Below, one piece after another: positions 1 through 5,347 of a stretch of DNA of 11,280 bases. The translations under genes were made by a program, and so were the position numbers. Within the stretch, counting starts at the first letter, position 1, and every line of letters starts with the position of its first letter. The stretch comes from an uncultured bacterium (GTDB lineage Bacteria; Cyanobacteriota; Cyanobacteriia; Cyanobacteriales; Microcoleaceae): contig CAZUCT010000238.1 in the NCBI GenBank assembly GCA_964619285.1, positions 1 to 11,280 of the forward strand. The letters are read 5' to 3'. The notes under the pieces are model-generated. The model was not told the DNA's origin, made no database searches, and saw nothing but the letters and a program-made list of their open reading frames with translations.

Positions 1-596
1 GTATCACTTAAGTCAAGACCGCGCAAGACTATCCCGTAAAATGTTCTTTCTCCTGCCGCATAACGCCTTAGAAACTCTTCAGCAGTTATAACTCGGTCGG
101 GGTCGTTTTCAATCCGACCATCTGGCATTATAGTATTGCAAAAAAGAGCATTTTTGAGGTTAGTATTTGTCAGATCGGCATCAGTTAGGTTGACATCAGT
201 TAAGTTCGCATCAGTCAAATTAGCATCAGTTAGGTTGGCATCAGTCAAATTAGCACCAGTTAAGTTCGCGAATTTCAAAATTGCGTTAGCCAAATTGGCA
301 TTTACTAGGTTAGCATAACTCAGATTAGCTCGCGCCAAGTTGCTATCTCTGAAGTTTGCACCAGTTAAATTTGCGTTAGTTAAAATAACACTTGCCAGAT
401 GACAACCATTAAGATTGGTTCTACTAAAATTAGCATTGCTTAAGTCGCTGCGAGTCATATAAGCATAACTTAGGCAGGCATCGCTCAGATCGATGTCGCT
501 CAAGTCCGCATCGCTTAGGTAAACTTTTGTTAGATCGAATCCGACAAAGTTTCTTTCTCCTACAGCGTATCTTTGAAATAATTCTTGTCTGTTCAT
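1..596 (-). CDS. Pentapeptide-repeat protein, partial; ATG at 596, C-terminus runs off the window start
   Basis: Minus-strand frame from ATG (596..594) stays open to position 1. It translates to MNRQELFQRYAVGERNF..., then A(D/N)LxxANLTDANLTDANLTDVNLTD pentapeptide repeats, then ...CNTIMPDGRIENDPDRVITAEEFLRRYAAGERTF..., i.e. a second module begins. There is an in-frame stop 21 codons upstream of the ATG, and GAGG lies about 8 nt upstream. This frame is not in the ORF track because it lacks a stop inside the window. The listed 430..690 ORF is out of frame and lacks repeat periodicity. Confidence 0.75.
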   Translation of the reverse strand, partial: MNRQELFQRYAVGERNFVGFDLTKVYLSDADLSDIDLSDACLSYAYMTRSDLSNANFSRTNLNGCHLASVILTNANLTGANFRDSNLARANLSYANLVNANLANAILKFANLTGANLTDANLTDANLTDANLTDVNLTDADLTNTNLKNALFCNTIMPDGRIENDPDRVITAEEFLRRYAAGERTFYGIVLRGLDLSD

Positions 597-667
597 AAGT
601 ACCTCTGAAAATACAAAACAAAATAAACTGGTCGAATAAGGAGCATTCGCTCTTCTTTATCGTTTCT

Positions 668-1963
668 TTATTCCAACCAATCGGGTCCAATTAATACATA
701 TCCATCCTCAAGAATTGTCTTGTGAAAGAAAGCTCCAATCCCAGGATGCCAGTTCTTAGCACCTTTGAAATTAGAGACTACCAAGATAGCATTTTCCGTT
801 CCAAATCCCATACACTCTGCTTCCTCAAACTCAGCACCACTGAGAACAGCTTCAGTGGCATCAGCATATATGAGGTCTGCCCCAGTCAAATCTGCCCCAG
901 TCAAATCTGCACCTATCAAATTCGCGTAACTGAGGTCGGCGTAACTGAGGTCGCTACCGAGCATCTTTGCATCCATCAAATTCGCGTAACTGAGGTCGGC
1001 ACAACTTAACTTACTCAGAACCATCTTGACCCCCTTTAAATTGGCATAACTAAGATTGGCTCCTCTAAAATCCACAGCACCTAAATCGGCTTCAAACAAG
1101 TCGATTTCACTCAGGTCTGCTTCGTACAGAGATTGACCCGTAAATCTAATTCTCGCAAAATTTCTCTCGCCTGCGGCATACCGCCTCAGCAACTCTTCTG
1201 CATCTATAGAAATTTTCTCTGCGGCATTACACACAATTGCGGGATTGAGATTGGCATCAGTTAGATTAACCCCTTCCAATTCTGTCTCTTCTAGATCGAC
1301 ATAGCTGAAATCCGCACCAATTAAGGTGACATCAGCTAAACGAGAATTGTACATAGTCGCTCTTCTGAGGTTAGCATCATTAAAGTTGACTCGTTCCAAA
1401 ATCGTATTAGTGAAATTTGCTTCTCTGAGGTTAGTACCACTGAAGTTCGTATCAGCGATATGGCAATTACTAAAATCTGCTTCTCTGAGATCGGCAATGC
1501 TGAAGTTCGCTTGAGTTATAACGCAACTGCTGAAATCTGCTCCTCGTGCATCAGTCTGACTCAGGTCAGTTCCTACCAAAACAGTCTCAGCTAGGTTAGC
1601 TTTATACAGACAAGCACCACTAAGAATGGCATCGCTCAAATCGGCTCCTCTTAAATTTGCTCTCAATTCTAATTCTACTGGACTCAAGCGAGCATTTCGT
1701 AAGTTAGCACCCCTAAGATTAGCCTCAACTAAGGTAGCCATTTCTAAATTAGCCATTTCTAAGTTGGTCTGGCTTAGGTTAGCACCGTCCAACCGAATAG
1801 CTCTTAAAAAACCCTTTCTCAGATTTGCCTCGCTTAAGTCAGCACCAGTCAAGTTAGCGTATTGCAGTTTGCCACTTGTTCTGTCAGCCCTCAAAAGATC
1901 GAGTTGCTGAAAATCTCTTTCCCCACAAGCGTAGCGTAACCGTAATTCTTCTGCTGGTTTCAT
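668..1963 (-). CDS. Pentapeptide-repeat protein with two tandem PRP modules
   Basis: The ORF-track frame 668..2032 (454 aa) is dominated by A(D/N)LxxA(N/D)L pentapeptide repeats. The N-terminus of paralogues aligns at MKPAEELRLRYACGERDF (ATG at 1963), not at the upstream MRKWH (2032), so the shorter start is favoured. The longer start 2032 has GGGAG only 2 nt upstream. An internal re-start of the module is seen at EELLRRYAAGERNF. The C-terminal cap is NFKGAKNW...HKTILEDG. Confidence 0.8.
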   Translation of the reverse strand: MKPAEELRLRYACGERDFQQLDLLRADRTSGKLQYANLTGADLSEANLRKGFLRAIRLDGANLSQTNLEMANLEMATLVEANLRGANLRNARLSPVELELRANLRGADLSDAILSGACLYKANLAETVLVGTDLSQTDARGADFSSCVITQANFSIADLREADFSNCHIADTNFSGTNLREANFTNTILERVNFNDANLRRATMYNSRLADVTLIGADFSYVDLEETELEGVNLTDANLNPAIVCNAAEKISIDAEELLRRYAAGERNFARIRFTGQSLYEADLSEIDLFEADLGAVDFRGANLSYANLKGVKMVLSKLSCADLSYANLMDAKMLGSDLSYADLSYANLIGADLTGADLTGADLIYADATEAVLSGAEFEEAECMGFGTENAILVVSNFKGAKNWHPGIGAFFHKTILEDGYVLIGPDWLE

Positions 1964-2041
1964 AATTTGATAACAAGTCAATAATTTTTTGTCTCTGAAT
2001 AGTCTAGCAAAAATTCTGTGCCATTTTCTCAAAAATTGTCA

Positions 2042-2542
2042 TTACTCCCACAGGTAAGGTCCGCGTGCAAACTCTCCATCAGGAAAGATTGTTTTGCAAA
2101 TCAAAGCTCCCCTGCCGATGCAACAATTTTTAGCGCCTTTGAAGTTGGTAGCAACTAAGATTGCCCCATCAAGTTTACATTCGAGAAGCTCGGCTTCTTC
2201 TAAGTCCGCACCAGTGAGAATAGCTCCTCTAAGATCGGCGTAACTAAGGTTGGCATTTGTCAAGTCTGCACCGCTGAGATCGATTTCCTTCAAGTTAGCG
2301 TAGCTGAGAATTGCTCCCTTGAGGTTATTGCCTAGCATTTTCGCCTTACTCAAGTTGACACGAGTGAGATTTGTTCTTTCCAGCTCGCTCGGACCTGTGA
2401 GGTCGGCTTCGGATAAATCTATCTCTGTTAGGTTGGCTTCGCTCAGATGCGCATATAAGCTAATGCTAGTAAAATCCCTTTCTCCTGCGGCATATCGTCT
2501 AAGCAATTCTTTGTATTCGAGCCATTTCTTCATTTGCTTCAT
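2042..2542 (-). CDS. Pentapeptide-repeat protein
   Basis: ORF-track frame 2042..2617. The repeats are ANLTEIDLSEADL..., the N-cap is KELLRRYAAGERDF, and the C-cap is TNFKGAKN...CKTIFPDG. The start is probably ATG at 2542 (MKQMKKW...), because 2543..2617 is AT-rich promoter-like DNA (ttttatataaaa) and the paralogue N-termini align there. Confidence 0.8.
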   Translation of the reverse strand: MKQMKKWLEYKELLRRYAAGERDFTSISLYAHLSEANLTEIDLSEADLTGPSELERTNLTRVNLSKAKMLGNNLKGAILSYANLKEIDLSGADLTNANLSYADLRGAILTGADLEEAELLECKLDGAILVATNFKGAKNCCIGRGALICKTIFPDGEFARGPYLWE

Positions 2543-2626
2543 AATTGTTCTGTTATGTTTGAATTTTATATAAAACCTAAAATTTTTTTCCAGTATCGCT
2601 TTTTTAACGACGTTCAATTTCTTACT

Positions 2627-3052
2627 TCAATCTGGCATAATCGTCTCACCCTCAACGACTGCACCACTGAAATCTGCATGACTTAAATTGGCGTTGTCAA
2701 GGTTGACTTCTTCTAAAATAGCCCCCCTTAACTTAGCATGACTCAGATTGGCTCCCTTAAGAGAAATCTGATGAAATGTAGCACCGCTGAGATCTGCTCC
2801 TTCAAAGTTAACCCCATTTAATTCGGCTTCCGCAAATGCAGCCCCTCTCAAGGAGGCACCAGTGAAGTCAGCGTCACAGAGCGTAGCTTCTATGAAGTTA
2901 GCTCCCACCAAATAAGCACCCTTAAAGCACGCACCTCGTAAATCTCTTTCGAGCAAATTAATGCCGGGTAACTGAAATCCACTAAATTCCCAATTTCCTG
3001 CCTGATATCGCTTCGTAAATTCAGTAAAATCCCTAACTATTCGATCGCTCAT
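2627..3052 (-). CDS. Pentapeptide-repeat protein (141 aa)
   Basis: MSDRIVRDFTEFTKRYQAGNWEF N-cap, then repeats such as GANFIEATLCDADFTGASLRGAAFAEAELNGVNFEGADLSGATF, ending ...GETIMPD. GGAG lies about 8 nt upstream of the ATG. Confidence 0.85.
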   Translation of the reverse strand: MSDRIVRDFTEFTKRYQAGNWEFSGFQLPGINLLERDLRGACFKGAYLVGANFIEATLCDADFTGASLRGAAFAEAELNGVNFEGADLSGATFHQISLKGANLSHAKLRGAILEEVNLDNANLSHADFSGAVVEGETIMPD

Positions 3053-3099
3053 GTACTTTCTCCTTCATCCTAGTTGTTATAAAAATCCGATTTTTTGGC

Positions 3100-3573
3100 T
3101 CAACAATTATTGCTTTTAATAGTACCATCGGGCATTATCGTTTGATGAAAAATAACTCCCGTCAAGTCAGCATCGATGGCTGCGCCGCTGAAATCCGCAT
3201 AACTCAAATCGGCATTCGCGAGAATAACTTTTTCTAAAATAGCACCCCTTAACTTCGCATAACTGAGATTTGCTCCTTTAAGATAAATCCGAATCAACTT
3301 GACACCGTTTAAATTGGCAGCCTCTAAATTAGCCCCGTCGAATCGAACTTCCTCAAACACCGCTCCTCTTAGATTGGCAGAAATGAATTCTGTACCACGA
3401 AGATTAGTGCCAAAAAAGCAAGCTCCTGGAAGATGGGAGTAGTTAAACCGGGCTCGTTCGAGATTTTTATAGGGACAAACCAGCCCCGATAGCTGAAATC
3501 GAACAAACTCCCAAACACCATCCTCATAGCGCTTGCCAAATTCAGCTTTATTCTTAAATATGGCAGAACTCAT
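3100..3573 (-). CDS. Pentapeptide-repeat protein (157 aa), paralogue of 2627..3052
   Basis: MSSAIFKNKAEFGKRYEDGVWEF N-cap, the same repeat and C-cap pattern (...HQTIMPDG), AAGGAG 8 nt upstream of the ATG. Confidence 0.85.
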   Translation of the reverse strand: MSSAIFKNKAEFGKRYEDGVWEFVRFQLSGLVCPYKNLERARFNYSHLPGACFFGTNLRGTEFISANLRGAVFEEVRFDGANLEAANLNGVKLIRIYLKGANLSYAKLRGAILEKVILANADLSYADFSGAAIDADLTGVIFHQTIMPDGTIKSNNC

Positions 3574-3606
3574 CTATTTTCTCCTTAAACGGTTTTTTTC
3601 AATCTG

Positions 3607-3612
3607 ATTATA
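3607..3612 (-). promoter_or_regulatory. Candidate sigma-70-type -10 hexamer (TATAAT) for the 3100..3573 pentapeptide-repeat gene
   Basis: Minus-strand reading upstream of ATG 3573: ...tctttgcTATAATcagattgaaaaaaaccgtttaAGGAGaaaatagATG. The -10 is a perfect consensus hexamer. The best -35 candidate (TAAACA/TTAAAC at about 17 bp) is weak. Confidence 0.3.
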
Positions 3613-3632
3613 GCAAAGATTCGGTTTGATGT

Positions 3633-4436
3633 TTAACAAAAGTAGCTAATGAAACCTGAAGTATTCTGAAACAATATTATTCTACGTTCTGGTAGTTCAA
3701 TAGCTTCAATAATCTCTCCGTCCACTGTTTCTTTTAATTGATGAGTTTCTGGATTTATGATATAGCCTTGTCCTCCAGAAATTATGATGAGGTCTATTCG
3801 ATTGGGATGTTGGTAAACACCACAAAATTCAGACTTGCCTGGTTCAAAACAACCGATCCACTCTTCACCCAAATCTGAGAAAATTTCAACTACCAATCCT
3901 TCTTGATTTGTTTTTCTATCGGTGACGTAAAACCGTTCAGGGTAAAAATGTAGAGGAATGTCGAGTAAAATTCTAAAATTTTCCAGTACATATCTTTCTG
4001 AATTTTCATCCCACCTCAATCTGGAGCGTTTGATTTTTAGCCATTCCCACACGGCAGTTGGATTAGCAAGAGCATCAAAACCTTTTGGCATTGGCAAAAG
4101 AACATTGAGAACCCAGGCAAGTTGACGTATAGAGCCTCTTCCACTAGGAATTCCGGTCAAGATATCTTCTGCAACATCTAATTTTCCAAAAGTAAAAAGT
4201 CCTGCACTAAATACAAACAAGCTTACTTTTACACTTTTTATTGTTGGTTTGGATGCATTCTGATTCTGTAGTTGCGATAATTTTTCTTTAGACTCATTGT
4301 AAAGATTTTCCAAAATGGTATGTAAGGCAATATCAGAATTCAAAGTGGAACGGGAAACCGCTTGACCCCCTACAAATTTTATCTGCGATCGAACCATTTC
4401 CCTATAGCGTGCTGCTTGAGTAGTATCTATTATCAT
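3633..4436 (-). CDS. Hypothetical protein (267 aa), no recognisable family; probably co-transcribed with the upstream ART-like gene
   Basis: A clean 267-codon ORF lying 30 bp downstream of the 4467..5084 gene on the same strand. AAGGT lies immediately upstream of the ATG. No motif that I recognise (no ARH, macro or Walker motif). Confidence 0.6.
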   Translation of the reverse strand: MIIDTTQAARYREMVRSQIKFVGGQAVSRSTLNSDIALHTILENLYNESKEKLSQLQNQNASKPTIKSVKVSLFVFSAGLFTFGKLDVAEDILTGIPSGRGSIRQLAWVLNVLLPMPKGFDALANPTAVWEWLKIKRSRLRWDENSERYVLENFRILLDIPLHFYPERFYVTDRKTNQEGLVVEIFSDLGEEWIGCFEPGKSEFCGVYQHPNRIDLIIISGGQGYIINPETHQLKETVDGEIIEAIELPERRIILFQNTSGFISYFC

Positions 4437-4466
4437 TTACCTTAGCTAGAAAAAATAATGAAATTA

Positions 4467-5084
4467 TCAGCGAGAAGGAATAATGAGATTCCCCGCTTCA
4501 TCTAGATCGAAGTAAGGAATATTTCTTGCAGGAATGACTTGAATGATATTTTTGTTTGGTATTTGGTTCAAAATTATGTATTCATTTTCTCCAACTAACC
4601 CACTCCAGCCCTTAGGAATGATAGCTTTTTCCCTTGGCAAACGTAGTACAAATGTTACTCCGTCCGATCCTGCGTAAGAGGAAGCAAGCCCAGGAAAACG
4701 GGTTGTAGGAATTCCTACAGCACCCAAAGGTTCTCCAGCTAGATTGGGTCCAGCCAAAAACCCAGGAACAAGTTCCGTATGCCACCTTGCAGTATAGCCT
4801 GCAATATCTGCGTCACTTAATCCTTCTGCACGCATCCGTCTTACCAAATCTTCCGAAGCTGCTATTCCTTGTTCGCGAGCAAGAGGACTTAAAATTGGTG
4901 TTGTTCCCCTGCGCTGACCCCGATAGAGAACTATCAAATCCCTCAGGTCGAGCCACCACTCAGAAACAGTACCTATCAAGCCACGTTCGAGATGATGAGA
5001 AAGTTCATCAAGGGTAGCTGGAGCGGTGCGAGTGCTTACGTCATCAACGATGGAACGAGAAATAGCCAAATCCGAAGCTGTCAT
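4467..5084 (-). CDS. Putative mono-ADP-ribosyltransferase, R-S-E (C3/iota/VIP2-like) clade
   Basis: Motif order and spacing match the ART fold: beta1 LIVLYRGQRRG (aromatic-Arg, cf. C3 ...IMLFRGDD..., iota ...VYRWCG...), a Ser-rich beta2 GLASSYAGS (degenerate STS), then VLRLPREKAIIPKGWSGLVGENEYIILNQ (cf. iota ILRLQVPKGSTGAYLSAIGGFASEKEILLD and C3 ...AGQLEMLLP), giving an E-x-E catalytic dyad followed by a hydrophobic strand. ATG at 5084. The frame stays open for 30 more codons upstream with no start codon. Confidence 0.55.
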   Translation of the reverse strand: MTASDLAISRSIVDDVSTRTAPATLDELSHHLERGLIGTVSEWWLDLRDLIVLYRGQRRGTTPILSPLAREQGIAASEDLVRRMRAEGLSDADIAGYTARWHTELVPGFLAGPNLAGEPLGAVGIPTTRFPGLASSYAGSDGVTFVLRLPREKAIIPKGWSGLVGENEYIILNQIPNKNIIQVIPARNIPYFDLDEAGNLIIPSR

Positions 5085-5177
5085 TCCCCTAACTGCTATC
5101 CAGTCTAAACCAAATCCACCTGCATAAGTAAATAAAGGCAGATAAGCTATACTTGACGCGGCGAGGAATTGCGCTTT

Positions 5178-5206
5178 TCATGACTCACACTCATGACTCA
5201 CACTCA
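5178..5206. repeat. 13-bp tandem direct repeat tcatgactcacac x2.2, each copy carrying the palindrome TGACTCA
   Basis: tcatgactcacac at 5178-5190, an identical copy at 5191-5203, then tca. It lies about 95-120 bp upstream of the ART-like start and just downstream of the MVP stop. A third related motif, TGACTGAG, is at 5241-5248. Confidence 0.6.
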
Positions 5207-5347
5207 AAAACATCTTTTTTTCTTTGAGTTAAGAGTATGTTGACTGAGAAATCAAAAAACGCATTTTCTGCCCGTGCCGAGTATAACCTTTTTTATCGCG
5301 CTCCGCGATCGCTACAAACGACTATCGCTAAAGCGATTACTACAAAC

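Noticed and set aside
430-690. Minus-strand 86-aa ORF from the track overlapping the 5' end of the first pentapeptide gene
   Set aside because: It is out of frame with the pentapeptide-repeat reading frame. That frame starts at ATG 596, has RBS-like GAGG upstream and yields a bona fide N-cap plus repeats. The 86-aa product is low-complexity Arg/Cys/Lys-rich with no support.
136-1910. Plus-strand ORFs 136..318, 722..1009, 1326..1514, 1626..1910 (and 2319..2573) with oddly periodic translations (ASVRLASVKL...)
   Set aside because: They are antisense shadows of the minus-strand pentapeptide-repeat genes. The 15-nt coding periodicity keeps the opposite strand open. Their products have no repeat-protein logic, and they overlap strongly supported genes.
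2543-2617. Longer N-terminal extensions of the 2042.. and 668.. ORFs (MNVVKKAILEKNFRFYIKFKHNRTI..., MRKWHRIFARLFRDKKLLTCYQI...)
   Set aside because: The extensions are AT-rich and promoter-like, and are not conserved among the paralogues, whose N-caps align at the internal Met. They are most likely untranslated leader sequence.
4787-5017. Plus-strand 76-aa ORF opposite the ART gene
   Set aside because: Antisense to a frame with a coherent ART motif architecture. No RBS or homology logic.
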